The notes under the pieces are model-generated. The model was given only the letters and a program-made list of their open reading frames with translations. It had not been told where the DNA came from and made no database searches. The position numbers were made by a program, and so were the translations under genes. DNA of 64,000 bases from an uncultured Gammaproteobacteria bacterium. GTDB taxonomy: Bacteria; Pseudomonadota; Gammaproteobacteria; UBA9214. This document shows, one piece after another, positions 31,871 through 48,249 of the stretch. The DNA is taken from NCBI GenBank assembly GCA_963773065.1, contig CAVYZN010000014.1, positions 64,001 to 128,000 on the forward strand, given 5' to 3'. The stretch's first letter is position 1; the number at the start of each line of letters is the position of its first letter.

Positions 31871-34185
31871 ATGATTTTGGCTCAGGCGCGACGCAAAAAG
31901 GACGAGAAAGGCAAACTGGCCCATCATGTCACGCGGGGCCTGCGCGAGGGGGCGCTGCTCATACTCGGCACGCTGGGTATCTACCTGCTGGTATCGCTGG
32001 CAGGCTATCACCCAGTGGATCCGGGCTGGTCACACAGCGGTTCGGTGGCGGAAATACACAATGCCGGCGGCGTTGTCGGGGCCTGGCTTGCCGATATCCT
32101 GCTGTACCTGTTTGGCTATCTCGCCTACCTCCTGCCTGTCATGGTGTCTTACAGCGGCTGGCTGGTATTCAAGGGGTGTACCCCCACCGGCGGGATTGAT
32201 CTGCATATCCTGGCGATCCGCTGGTCCGGTTTCCTGCTTACGGTCGGCGCCGGCTGCGGGCTGGCCGCGCTGGATTCGGGTACACTACACGGGTGTGTTA
32301 CCGTCCGGTGCCGGAGGCGTACTCGGCAAGGTGGTGGGGTCCGGTTTGGCGGACCTGTTCAGTCCGGTTGGCGCGACCTTGTTCCTGCTGGCCCTGTTCC
32401 TCACCGGCATCACGCTGTTCACCGGCCTGTCCTGGCTCTCGGTGATGGACCTTACCGGGAAATACATCATCGCGTCGGCGAATAATGCCTACGTCCTGGT
32501 CGGCCGGTTGCCGGAATACCTCATTAGCAGACGGGCACAGCGGCAACGCCACGAGAACGTAAGGATCGTCCAGGAAAAGACCGCCAACCGCAAACCGCCG
32601 CGCATCGAGCCGGTCATCAAGCCGATCCAGAAAAGCGATCGCGAGGAGCGTGAACGCCAGGTGCCACTGTTTGCACCGCCCCCGAATACCGAACTGCCGC
32701 CCCTGTCATTGCTCGATCCGCCGCGCCCCTCGGGAGAGGGTTACTCACCGGCGGCGCTGGAGGCCATGTCACGCCTCGTAGAGATGAAGCTGCTGGACTT
32801 CAACATCGAGGTGCAGGTCGTGGAGGTCCACCCCGGTCCGGTCATCACGCGCTTCGAGCTCGACCTGGGCGCGGGGGTAAAGGTCAGCCAGGTCTCCAAC
32901 CTGGCCAAGGACATCGCACGCGCCCTGTCGGCGATCAGCGTGCGCGTCGTGGAAGTCATTCCGGGCAAATCGGTGATCGGGCTCGAGATACCCAATGAAC
33001 ACCGCGACATCATCAGCCTGAGCGAGATCCTGAGTTCAGCCGAATACGACGGCTCGCAATCGCCCCTGACACTTGCCCTGGGCAAGGATATCGGCGGGCA
33101 GCCGGTGGTGGCCGATCTCGCGCGGATGCCACACCTGATGGTGGCCGGCACGACCGGTTCCGGCAAATCCGTCGCCATCAATGCCATGATCCTGAGTCTG
33201 CTCTACAAGACGCTGCCGAAAGACGTCCGGCTCATCATGATCGATCCGAAAATGCTTGAGCTGTCCATCTACGAGGGCATTCCCCACCTCCTGACCCCGG
33301 TGGTCACCGACATGAAAGAGGCCGCCAACGCCTTGCGCTGGTGCGTGGGTGAGATGGAACGCCGCTACAAGCTGATGGCGGCGCTGGGCGTGCGCAACAT
33401 CGCCAACTACAACCGCAAGGTAGCGGAAGCCAAAGAGGCGGGCGAGCCGATTCCCGATCCGCTATTCAACCCCGAGGAAGTCCTGGAGGGCACCGAACCC
33501 CCGGTACTGCAGCCACTGCCGTATATCGTCATCATCATCGATGAACTGGCCGACATGATGATGGTGGTCGGCAAAAAGGTCGAGGAACTGATCGCCCGCC
33601 TGGCGCAGAAGGCGCGCGCCTCCGGCGTCCATCTGATCCTCGCGACCCAGCGTCCCTCGGTGGATGTCATCACCGGTCTGATCAAGGCCAATATCCCGAC
33701 CCGCATCGCCTTCCAGGTATCGGCCAAGGTGGATTCGCGCACCATACTCGACCAGATGGGCGCCGAGGCCCTGCTGGGACACGGCGACATGCTCTACATG
33801 ATGCCGGGTACTTCCGTGCCGGTTCGCGTCCACGGCGCCTTTGTCTCCGACCAGGAGGTCCACAAGGTCGTCGGCCACCTCAAGGATAAATCCGCGCCGG
33901 ATTACATGACGGAAATCCTCGAAGCCGGTACGGAACCGGTACTTGGACTCTCGTCCGCCGAGGGGGAGAGCGATGACACGGAGTCGGACCCGTTGTATGA
34001 CCAGGCCGTGGCCATCGTTACCGAAAGCCGGCGCGCTTCCATCTCCGGTGTCCAGCGCCGGCTCAAGATCAGGTTACAACCGCGCCGCCCGCATGATCGA
34101 ACACATGGAAGATACCGGCGTCGTCGGTCCGGCGCAATCCAACGGCAGTCGCGAGGTGCTGGCTCCGCCGCCGGTCGATGCCTGA
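31871..34185 (+). CDS. ftsK: DNA translocase FtsK (indels near 32290 and 34070)
   Basis: N-terminal TMs, [30 protein letters not shown], gamma domain YNRAARMIE. Confidence 0.96.
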
Positions 34186-34824
34186 TGTGTCATCCGTTCC
34201 ATTCCCTGCGCCCTGTGCTCGTGGTAGCGCTCTTCCTGGTGAGTCCGCTGGTCATGGCGGGCGGCGCCCTGGATACCCTGCAGGCTTTCTTCAAGGACCT
34301 GCGCACCCTGGAGGCGGAATTTCACCAGGAGGTTCTCACCAGCGAAGGCAAGCTGCAGCAGGACTCCGCCGGTCATGTCTGGATCCTGCGTCCGGGAAGA
34401 TTCCGCTGGAATTACCAGACACCCTATAAACAGCAACTCGTCGCCGACGGCCGGCGCCTTTGGTCCTACGATGAAGATCTCGCGCAGGTCAGCGTGCAGG
34501 CGATGGACAAGGTATTCAGCGCGACGCCCGCCATGCTGCTGAGCGGAAATGAACCGCTCGAGAACGTATTCCGGATGCAGGAACAGCCCGCGCCCGAGGG
34601 TGAGCAGCAGGTCCTGCTGACGCCGAAGAGCGATGACAGCAACGTCATCGGGATCCACCTCTATTTCGTGAACGGTGCGCTTCTCGCGCATCGAAGCCAG
34701 GGACAACTTCGGGAATACCACCTCGTTTACCTTTACTAAACTGGTCCGCAATGCCCCGGTGGATGAGGGCATCTTCCGCTTCGTGCCGCCGCCGGATGCG
34801 GACATCGTCGGCGAACCTGACTGA
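34185..34824 (+). CDS. lolA: Outer-membrane lipoprotein chaperone LolA (indel near 34685)
   Basis: [41 protein letters not shown]. Confidence 0.92.
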
Positions 34825-34860
34825 GCGGCGGTTAACGGCGGATAGCCTCCGCAAGCACCC

Positions 34861-36177
34861 ATGCTGAAGAGCGAAGACACCTGGCGCCCGCTGGCCGACC
34901 GGATGAGGCCCCGTTCCCTCGATGCCTTCACCGGCCAGTCGCACATCCTCGGACCGGGAAAACCCCTGCGCCGCGCCATCGAGGAGGGCCATCTGCATTC
35001 CATGGTCCTGTGGGGTCCGCCGGGCAGCGGCAAGACCACGCTGGCGAAACTGCTCGCCGAGCAGACCAACGCCGAATTTCTCAGCCTTTCGGCGGTGATG
35101 GCGGGCGTCAAGGACATCCGCGCCGCCGTCGAGACCGCCGCACGGATACGCGACCTGGAAGCGCGTCTCACCATCCTGTTCATCGACGAGGCGCACCGTT
35201 TCAACAAGGCCCAGCAGGACGCCTTCCTGCCCTATGTGGAAAACGGCACGATCATCTTCATCGGCGCCACCACCGAGAATCCGTCCTTCGAACTCAACAG
35301 TGCGCTGCTCTCCCGGGCCCGGACCTATACCCTGAAGCGGCTGGACCACGAGGCCCTGCGCCGCATCGTCGATAGCGCCCTGCAAGACCGCGTGCATGGC
35401 CTGGGGGAACGCAATCTGGTGCTGGCGGAGGAATTGCGCGACCGGCTGGTTGAGGCCGCGGACGGCGATGCGCGGCGCGCGCTCAACCTGCTGGAGATCG
35501 CCGCCGACCTCGCCGAGACGCAAGGGGATCACGGCGTCATACCCGAGGCCGTGCTGAACGAAGTCATCGCCGGCGGGATCCGCCGCTTCGACAAGGGCGG
35601 TGAGGATTTCTACGACCAGATCTCGGCGCTGCACAAATCGGTGCGCGGTTCCTCGCCCGATGCCTCCCTCTACTGGCTGGTGCGCATGCTGGATGGCGGC
35701 TGCGACCCGCTCTACATCGCCCGCCGGCTGGTGCGCATGGCCTCGGAGGATATCGGCAATGCCGACCCGCGCGCCCTGAGCCTGGCCCTGGATGCCTGGG
35801 ATGTCCAGGAGCGCCTCGGCAGTCCGGAAGGAGAGCTGGCGCTCGCCCAGGCCGTGCTCTATCTCGCCTGCGCGGCCAAGAGCAACGCCGTCTACAGCGC
35901 CTACAACGCCGCCCGGGCCGATGTGCAGAAGCTCGGCTCGCTGGAGGTGCCCATACATCTGCGCAACGCCCCCACACGTCTCATGAAGGAACTGGGCTAC
36001 GGCAAGGCCTACCGCTACGCCCATGACGAACCCGAGGCCTATGCCGCCGGCGAGCATTACTTCCCCGAGGGCATGCCGCCGGTGCGCTATTACCGGCCGG
36101 TCGAGCGCGGCCTGGAAATCCGCATCGCCGAGAAGCTGGCCCACCTGCGGGAACTGGACGCAAAGCACAAGGGCTGA
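34861..36177 (+). CDS. rarA: Replication-associated recombination protein A
   Basis: PLADRMRP, WGPPGSGKTT, GATTENPSF, SALHKSVRGS, ASEDIGNADP. Confidence 0.97.
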   Translation: MLKSEDTWRPLADRMRPRSLDAFTGQSHILGPGKPLRRAIEEGHLHSMVLWGPPGSGKTTLAKLLAEQTNAEFLSLSAVMAGVKDIRAAVETAARIRDLEARLTILFIDEAHRFNKAQQDAFLPYVENGTIIFIGATTENPSFELNSALLSRARTYTLKRLDHEALRRIVDSALQDRVHGLGERNLVLAEELRDRLVEAADGDARRALNLLEIAADLAETQGDHGVIPEAVLNEVIAGGIRRFDKGGEDFYDQISALHKSVRGSSPDASLYWLVRMLDGGCDPLYIARRLVRMASEDIGNADPRALSLALDAWDVQERLGSPEGELALAQAVLYLACAAKSNAVYSAYNAARADVQKLGSLEVPIHLRNAPTRLMKELGYGKAYRYAHDEPEAYAAGEHYFPEGMPPVRYYRPVERGLEIRIAEKLAHLRELDAKHKG

Positions 36178-36291
36178 GGCGCAGCAGGGCTGGCATCGCG
36201 GTGCACGGCCGCGGTTGAATCGTCCTTGTCAACGATGCACGCGATGCGGCCTGCGTGTACCATAACCGGCCATGAACCATGGGACGACGGG

Positions 36292-36666
36292 ATGAGACAG
36301 GTGCTGGCGATCGCGGCGGGCGGCGCCCTCGGTTCGTTGCTGCGTTACTGGGTGTCGAGCGGCACCCATGCGGTATTGGGCCGGGGGTTCCCCTATGGCA
36401 CCCTCACCGTCAATGTCCTGGGCAGCCTGCTGATGGGTTTTCTGTATATCTGGCTGCTTGACCGCGTTGCCGCGGGGCCGGTATTGCGCGCCTTTCTGCT
36501 CATCGGGGTGCTGGGCGGCTTTACGACATTTTCGTCCTTTTCCATCGAGTCCCTGAACCTGATCGAGGCCGGGCAGGTGATGAAGGCGCTTGTTAACGTC
36601 CTGCTCAGCGTGACGGTCTGTATTACCGCCGCCGGACTCGGCGTGCTGATGGCGAGACAATTATGA
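36292..36666 (+). CDS. crcB: Fluoride channel CrcB/FluC
   Basis: GGALGSLLRY, FPYGTLTVN, GGFTTFSSF. Confidence 0.96.
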   Translation: MRQVLAIAAGGALGSLLRYWVSSGTHAVLGRGFPYGTLTVNVLGSLLMGFLYIWLLDRVAAGPVLRAFLLIGVLGGFTTFSSFSIESLNLIEAGQVMKALVNVLLSVTVCITAAGLGVLMARQL

Positions 36667-36968
36667 AAACACTGGATGTCACCTGTGTACGCGTTTACCT
36701 GACGGAGGCGGAGGGCAAGCTCGAGCACCTGCTCGAGTGCCTGCATGATGACCAGAAGGTACTCGGCGTGACCGTGTACCGCGGCATCAGCGGCTTCGGC
36801 AAGCACGGCAGGATGCATTCCTCCTCGCTGCTGGATATCTCGCTGAACCTGCCGCTGGTGATTGAATTCTTCGACACCCCGGAGAAAATCGTCTCGATCA
36901 TCGAGTACCTGTATCCGAGACTGGATCCGGGGCATATCGTGAGCTGGCCGGCCACTCTCTACGTCTGA
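36663..36968 (+). CDS. DUF190 (PII-like) protein
   Basis: GVTVYRGISGFG...LDISLNLPLVIEFFD; typical crcB partner. Confidence 0.88.
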   Translation: MKTLDVTCVRVYLTEAEGKLEHLLECLHDDQKVLGVTVYRGISGFGKHGRMHSSSLLDISLNLPLVIEFFDTPEKIVSIIEYLYPRLDPGHIVSWPATLYV

Positions 36969-36994
36969 GGCTACGCCTGAAACCGGCCGCTTGA

Positions 36995-38305
<1,311 letters not shown>

Positions 38306-38467
38306 TCGCCGCGCGTTACCAGCCGGATTCTGGGTGATGATGATAGCCGGTAATCAGGTAGTTCTCAGCGCGCAGTTCCTTGGTCCTGTCTCTCCATTCG
38401 ACGCGCTGATGGCCGCTTTCATGCTCGGCACATGTGTAGGCATGGTTGAACCTTGTTGCAGCAGTTG

Positions 38468-39195
38468 CTAGAAAACGCGTAGCGGCGAACCGGCCCCGTA
38501 GGGACGCCGGTAAAACAACAGACTTGCTCCGCCGGGTTCCTGCAATACCAGTTCGGTTTCATTGCGTACGAACTGATATATGTTCACGGCCCCGGTCTGG
38601 GGTGTATACATTTTCACCACGTTGTCATCGATATCGAGGGCGCCCGTTAAGGATGCCACACTATCGCGCAAGCGAAAGCGATTACCCCTGACTTCGAGGA
38701 TTTCCCCGCTCGTTCCGTACCACCTGCCATCCAGCAGCGATGCGCCGCGATAGGCATTCCTGCCGCCGGGAAGACCGGCCCAGGGCTGAGCTGACGGGTA
38801 GACCGTAACCCGTTCCGGCGAAGGGATTAACCCCCAGGGGTGAGGCCCAGGGATTACCTGCCATGGGCAGTGTCCAGGGCGTGGCGCCAAATCCGCCGCC
38901 GGGCCAGGCACTCGATCCCGGCCATCCGCCCATGCCGGACATGCCGTTCATGAGCGGCCAGCCACTCATACCCGGACATGCCACTCATGAGCGGCCAGCC
39001 ACTCATGCCTTGACCGTAGGAATTCAGTGGCGAATTCCATGAATTCGAGCTGTTCATGGACTCCGCCATGATATTCATCATGGTCAGCATCATGCGAAAC
39101 ATAATGCTGAACATGTCCCCCATTCCATCGGCGGCGGCCGTCACAGGCAGCGACATGGCACAGATGAACACCCCAATGGCCCGTTTGTTTCTCAT
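38468..39195 (-). CDS. Exported Met/Gly/Trp/Pro-rich low-complexity protein (indels near 38970 and 38785)
   Basis: Signal peptide, MFRMMLTMM, tandem GMSGWPLMSGMS repeats, C-terminal globular LDGRWYG...LEVRGNRFRL domain. Confidence 0.7.
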
Positions 39196-39454
39196 CGCGG
39201 GAAAAGCGTGATGTAATCCCTATGCAATAAGTGTAGGAAATCGACAGGGTAGTTATTGCCGGCAGGCGAAGAATACTATATCTAGTAAAATACATTCAAA
39301 TTTATACGAGATTTAGTAGTTTGGTGCAGGAAGGTGATAGCCGGTTCGGCACGTGATTTCAGCACATCCGGTGAGGTTTCATGCTGAACATCATGCAGGT
39401 AAAAAACGACGTCCATGTTAAACTTCATAAAATAAACTTATTTCTCTGAAACAC

Positions 39455-43132
<3,678 letters not shown>

Positions 43133-43301
43133 GGGAACCTGCACTGGACTCTAAATTGTTTGCTATCCTACCGGTAGTCCTATGCAGCGCGGATGTCAGC
43201 ATATCAGCCGCCCCCGGTGGGCCCCTGTTCCCCCATGTCTCCCGCGGGTTCCACGGCAGGCGTAATGGATCCGCATACGTCAAGGGTGGGGGATATCGCG
43301 T

Positions 43302-45254
43302 TTATCCCCCCTTAACCACCAGCACGGCACAGGATGTTTCATTGAGGATGCGTTCGGTGGTGCTGCCGAGCAGGACACGTTCGAGGCCGGTGCGGCCGTG
43401 GCTGCCGGTCACGATCAGGTCGGCGTTGCGCTCTTTCGCGACGGTCACGATCATCGTATCCGGGCGCCCGTCCAGCACCAGTCCTTCCGCGTCGATGCCC
43501 GCGCTCTTCATATGCTCCACGACCCGCTGGACCGCCTGTTCCGCCTCTTGGCGGTTCACCGGACCCTGGTCGGGCGTCGTGACCGAGACGACGGTTATTT
43601 GCGCCTGGCAGAAACCGGCCAGTCTGGTAGTGGTGACCGCGGCCGCGTCGGCGAAACGCGAGCCGTCGGTCGCGAGCACGATGTGCCGGCCTTCGACCCG
43701 GGCGGCGCGCGGCACCACCAGCACGTTGCAGTGTGCGAGACCGATGACCTGCGCGGTGGCGTGACCCAGCATCAGGCGTGCGAGTCCGCGCCGCCCGCGG
43801 CGGCCCATCACGATTAGGTCCACCTTCAGTCGGTCTGCCAGTTCGACGATCTCGCGGTCCACCGTCTGGCCGTGAATCAGGTGCGTTTCGCAGGCAATGG
43901 CGGCCGCCGTGGCCTGCGCCTTGATCTGGTCCAGGTGCGCCTGAGCCGTTTCCATCTCCTGCCTGAGGATTGCTTCACCCAGGGCTTCGTGTTCGACGCC
44001 GGTTGCCACCAGCGACATCACGTGCACCTGCGCGCCGCACTTGCGCGCCATGCCGATGGCCTCGCGCACGGCGGCGGCGCTGAATTCGGAACCGTCGCTG
44101 GCCACGAGGAAGCGTTCGAAACGCCCTAGCGGCGATAGCTGTGGGCTGGCCGGTGCTGCCGCGGCAAAGACCGGCGTGGCCTCCGCGGCTACGACCGCGG
44201 CAGTCGCCTGCACAAGGCGATATTCACGCATGCCCCGGTACAGGGCCTGCAGAATCATGGCGGCGCCGAACACCAGGGCGAAGGCGAGCGCGCCCTCGCC
44301 GATGCCGTCGAGCAGGCCCACGGTGCTTGCGGCCAGGGTATCGATGCTGCCCAGCTCCGATAGATAGCCCGGGATGTAGAAGACACGGCTCACCAGCACC
44401 AGCAGCATGATGGCCGCCATCACGAACTTCACCACATTGTCCTTCACGTAGGTGGTGCCGATGGCGCCGATCTGGATGCCGAACAGGGAGCCGGCCAGGA
44501 TGATCATGGACAGACGGATGTCGACGAAGCCGTCGAGCGCATAGAACAGGCTCCCGCCCATCCCCATCACGAAGGCGATCACGAGTTCGGTGGCGCTCGC
44601 CATGAGAGCGGGCAGGCCGAGGATGTAGATCATGGCCGGCACGCCGATAAAGCCGCCGACCGCGATGGTGCCCGCGAGCAGGCCGGTGGCGAAGCCGAGC
44701 GGGGCGATGACCAGCAGGGAGACCCGGGCATCGATGCTGCGGAAGTGCATCATGGTGCCCGGGATGTGCAGGCCGCGCACCCAGCGCACCAGGGGACTGA
44801 GCTGCTTTGGCTCCTTCTGGACGCTCTCGCCCCGCTGTTCCCGCAATGCGTCGCGCAGCACGATAGTGCCCACTATGCCGAGCACCACCACGAAGATGAA
44901 GGAGACGTAGAGATTGGTGCCCGCCGCCCCATAGGACTCCTTGATATCCACCATGAGGTGCTTGCCGGCGAATACCCCGGCCTCGGCGAAGATGCCCATC
45001 ACGATGCCGAGTTTCACGTCAACCTGGCCATACTTGTTGCGCTTGTAGGCGCCCACCAGGGACTTGGGGAACTTGTGAGCCATGTTGCTCGCCACGGCGA
45101 CGGCGGCCGGCACGCCCAGGCTCATCATGGCCGGCGTCAGCACGAAGGCGCCGCCCGAACCGATGAAGCCGCTGACCATGCCACCGATGAAACCGACCAG
45201 GAACAGTATCAGTACCGTGGTGAGATTGAGATCGATAAAATGAATAGTGTCCAT
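43302..45254 (-). CDS. TauE/SafE (TSUP) transporter fused to two universal stress protein domains
   Basis: SGFIGSGGAFVLTP, IAVGGFIGVP; then FLVASDGS...IVMGRRG...MLGHAT and IVLATDGS...GSHGRTG...LLGSTT. Confidence 0.88.
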   Translation of the reverse strand: MDTIHFIDLNLTTVLILFLVGFIGGMVSGFIGSGGAFVLTPAMMSLGVPAAVAVASNMAHKFPKSLVGAYKRNKYGQVDVKLGIVMGIFAEAGVFAGKHLMVDIKESYGAAGTNLYVSFIFVVVLGIVGTIVLRDALREQRGESVQKEPKQLSPLVRWVRGLHIPGTMMHFRSIDARVSLLVIAPLGFATGLLAGTIAVGGFIGVPAMIYILGLPALMASATELVIAFVMGMGGSLFYALDGFVDIRLSMIILAGSLFGIQIGAIGTTYVKDNVVKFVMAAIMLLVLVSRVFYIPGYLSELGSIDTLAASTVGLLDGIGEGALAFALVFGAAMILQALYRGMREYRLVQATAAVVAAEATPVFAAAAPASPQLSPLGRFERFLVASDGSEFSAAAVREAIGMARKCGAQVHVMSLVATGVEHEALGEAILRQEMETAQAHLDQIKAQATAAAIACETHLIHGQTVDREIVELADRLKVDLIVMGRRGRRGLARLMLGHATAQVIGLAHCNVLVVPRAARVEGRHIVLATDGSRFADAAAVTTTRLAGFCQAQITVVSVTTPDQGPVNRQEAEQAVQRVVEHMKSAGIDAEGLVLDGRPDTMIVTVAKERNADLIVTGSHGRTGLERVLLGSTTERILNETSCAVLVVKGG

Positions 45255-45264
45255 GGGTTGCTTC

Positions 45265-45525
45265 CTACTTCTTCGCCCGGAAACCCAGCAGGTCCCAGAA
45301 TTGCCCGGTAAAGGCGCCGTGTACGAAGGAGAAGACCAGGGCGATGGCGATGGGTACCAAAGCGTAGATTTTATGCTCGCCCTGACGATTCGCCGCGGCC
45401 AGTTCCGGCAGTTTGTCGGAGTACAGATAGAGTAATAGGTACAGGCCGGCGCTGGCGGCCCCCAGGATCAGGGTGATGACGAGCGCCCGCGGCGATCGGG
45501 TGGCTGGTGGAAGGGGTGCGGTCAT
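45265..45525 (-). CDS. Small two-TM protein associated with TauE
   Basis: ALVPIAIALVFSFVHGAFTGQFWDLLG. Confidence 0.75.
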   Translation of the reverse strand: MTAPLPPATRSPRALVITLILGAASAGLYLLLYLYSDKLPELAAANRQGEHKIYALVPIAIALVFSFVHGAFTGQFWDLLGFRAKK

Positions 45526-45784
45526 GGCGTTCTCTTGGTAGCGGCTGGAGTCGTTGGGTGTATGCACGAGGCGGCATAGTCTAATGGTTAGTTGTAAAAA
45601 GCGAAATATCCTTCGATGGAATAGGGGCATGAATTTTCTGGATAGCGCTGGTTAAACCGGCAAATCAAAATTTCGGCTTGCTCGGTGAGCCCACCGGTAA
45701 TTGACTGGTGACTGCCGGTAAATCCGTGGTAGAGCGGTGATCACCGATCCGCCTTTATCTCTTGTAATCACGTACAATACGATC

Positions 45785-46928
45785 ATGGATACACCGATTT
45801 TCAAGGCTGCCTCCGCCGTGGGAGCCGACTGGCGCGTTGTCGCCGAACAGTGCCTGGCGGAACTGGATTGCGAACCCGCATCCGCCAGTCTCGGCCTGTT
45901 GTACATCACCGAGCCCCTCGCGCCTTACCTCGACAGGCTGCTCGAGCAGCTTCGCGCCCGTACCGGCGTCAGCGACTGGGTCGGAACCGTTGGCAGCGGC
46001 ATCTGCCGCACCGGCATCGAGATTTACGATGAACCGGCGGCCGCCGTCATGCTGGCGGCATTGCCGGAGAACAGTTTTCGCCTCATCCCGGCAGGACTGG
46101 ATGCGCTGGCGGAAATGCTCACCGTCAATCGCGACTGGATCGCCGAACATCAGGCCCGTTTCGGGATCGTCCATGGCGACCCGCGCAACAACCACATCGC
46201 GCAAATCATCGAATCGCTGTCGTTGGAGCTGGACCCCGGGTTTCTGGTCGGCGGTCTGACATCGGCCAGCGCCGGCAACCATCAGATTCAGATTGCCGGC
46301 AGTCGTCTGCGAGAACGGCCTCTCGGGCGTGCTCTTTTCCGCCGAAGTTCCGGTGATCAGCGGACTGACCCAGGGTTGCACGCCGCTGGGCCAGAAGCAC
46401 ACCATCACTCGCTGTCAGCGCAACATCCTGGTTGAACTCAACGGCCGTCCGGCCTTGGAAGTATTCCGCGAGGACATCGGTGAAATACTGTCTCGTGATC
46501 TGTCGAAGGTCGCCGGTTATATCTTCGCCGGTTTGCCCGTACCCGGTTCGGACACCGGCGATTACCTGGTGCGCAATCTGGTCGGCATCGACCCGCAGCA
46601 GAAACTGGTGGCGATCGGGGAACTGGTCGAGGAAGGCGACACCATCATGTTCTGCCGCCGTGACGGCGACAGCGCGCGCGAGGATATGCGGCGCATGCTG
46701 CGCGATCTGGGCAAGCGCGCCCGTGGCGGCATCAGGGGCGGTGTGTATTACACCTGTCTCGGCCGCGGGCGTTATCAGTTCGGTGAAAACTCGGAAGAAT
46801 TACGGATGATTCAGGAACAGTTGGGCGACTTTCCGCTGGTGGGATTCTTCGCCAACGGCGAGATCTCGCATAACCGCCTGTATGGCTATACCGGGGTATT
46901 GACGCTGTTTCTCCAGGGAGGAAGCTGA
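45785..46928 (+). CDS. FIST domain protein (indel near 46300)
   Basis: WVGTVGSGI, LTQGCTPLG, DYLVRNLVGID, YYTCLGRG, LVGFFANGEI. Confidence 0.9.
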
Positions 46929-47081
46929 TTTATTCCTAGTTTGAACGGCTGAATTGACCTTCCGACCGGCACGCCACCAGCCTCTTGCTGGAATTCCTCA
47001 TGATGTATCCCGTTCCGGATTGAATGCCGGTTTTCGCCGGCACGTCGCCTGGATCAGGCCGCCATCCGGGCTACGGCGGTG

Positions 47082-47833
47082 TTACTCCTTCCAGTATTGT
47101 TCGACTGGTGATGTGGCCGGGATCCCGGCGCCGGTTCTTCTTGAGTCCGCGCGCCTCCAGCAGATGCGTAGTGTCGTGCACCATGGCCGGGTTGCCGCAG
47201 ATCATGACCTGTGATGAAGCCGCGTCCAGCGACAGGCCGGCGCGCGTTTCCAGCCGGCCGTCCTCGATCGCCTGGGTGATCCGGCCGCCGAGGGCGTGAT
47301 CGACCGCCTCGCGGCTCACCATGGGGATCATCTGCAACCTGTTCAGGATGCCGTTCCAGCAGGCGCCTGATGGTGTCCTGATAGGTCAGTTCGCGCGCGG
47401 TGCGGACCGAGTGGACCAGGACGATGTTCCGGTAGCGCTCCCACACCTCGCTGGCGCCGAGGATCGACAAAAAGGGGCCGATCGCGGTGCCGGTGGCCAG
47501 CATCCACAGGCGTTCGGCATCCGGCAGCTCCTTGAGGATAAAAAAGCCGGCCGCGCGGGGCGCCACGAGGACGGTGTCGCCGGGCTGGAGGTGGATCAGT
47601 TCATGCGTCAGGGGCCCCTTGGGCACCGTGATGAAGTAGAACTCCAGCACGGGATCGTCCGGCGCATTCACAAACGAATAGGGACGTGCGATGATTTCCC
47701 CGTCGATATCCTTGGCGATGCGGGTGAACTGCCCGGCGATGAAGGGAGCGATATCGGCTTTGACCTGCAAGGAGTAGAGTTCCTCCGTCCATTGCCGGAG
47801 ATTGATGACACGGCCTTCGGCCCACTGGGTCAT
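47082..47833 (-). CDS. fpr: Ferredoxin-NADP+ reductase (indels near 47335 and 47105)
   Basis: FIAGQF, RPYSFVNAP, ATGTAIGPF, VMICGNPAMV, EQYW. Confidence 0.9.
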
Positions 47834-48053
47834 GCTGCCTGCACCCGGTTAATGCGTGTGTTCCTGTACACGGTGAACGGGAGTACCGGCAGGGACTGCC
47901 GGTCCATGTAATGCGCAATCTTCCGCAGCGGCATGCACGCGCCTTCTTCATGACTTTGACGGATGACTTATCATAACGTAAAACATGGCCGGCGCAGCCG
48001 CCTGATTCGCGCGGAATCAACCGCGGTAAGCACCTGAAGGCTCTTTGATCACT

Positions 48054-48245
48054 ATGCAGACGATGTCAACCTGGGAAATGGTATTGCTCGGAGCGCTTGC
48101 GCTGCTGGTGCTGTTCTGGGCCGGGCCCGGGGTGAAGGCGATGCTGGAACAAAGCCGGCAGGCGCAAAGCCGGGACTGGGCCGGGCTGCTGGTGCCCCTG
48201 CTGCTGGTGATCGCCTTTGTCATCCTGCTCATCAAACTGGTGTGA
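48054..48245 (+). CDS. Small membrane protein
   Basis: Two hydrophobic segments; PGVK...DW..LLVPL. Confidence 0.7.
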   Translation: MQTMSTWEMVLLGALALLVLFWAGPGVKAMLEQSRQAQSRDWAGLLVPLLLVIAFVILLIKLV

Positions 48246-48249
48246 GCCC

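Noticed and set aside
39200-39454. Cobalamin or SAM riboswitch upstream of metH
   Set aside because: No recognisable conserved core; only a weak ttcagca/tgctgaa palindrome and a partial MetR-like box.
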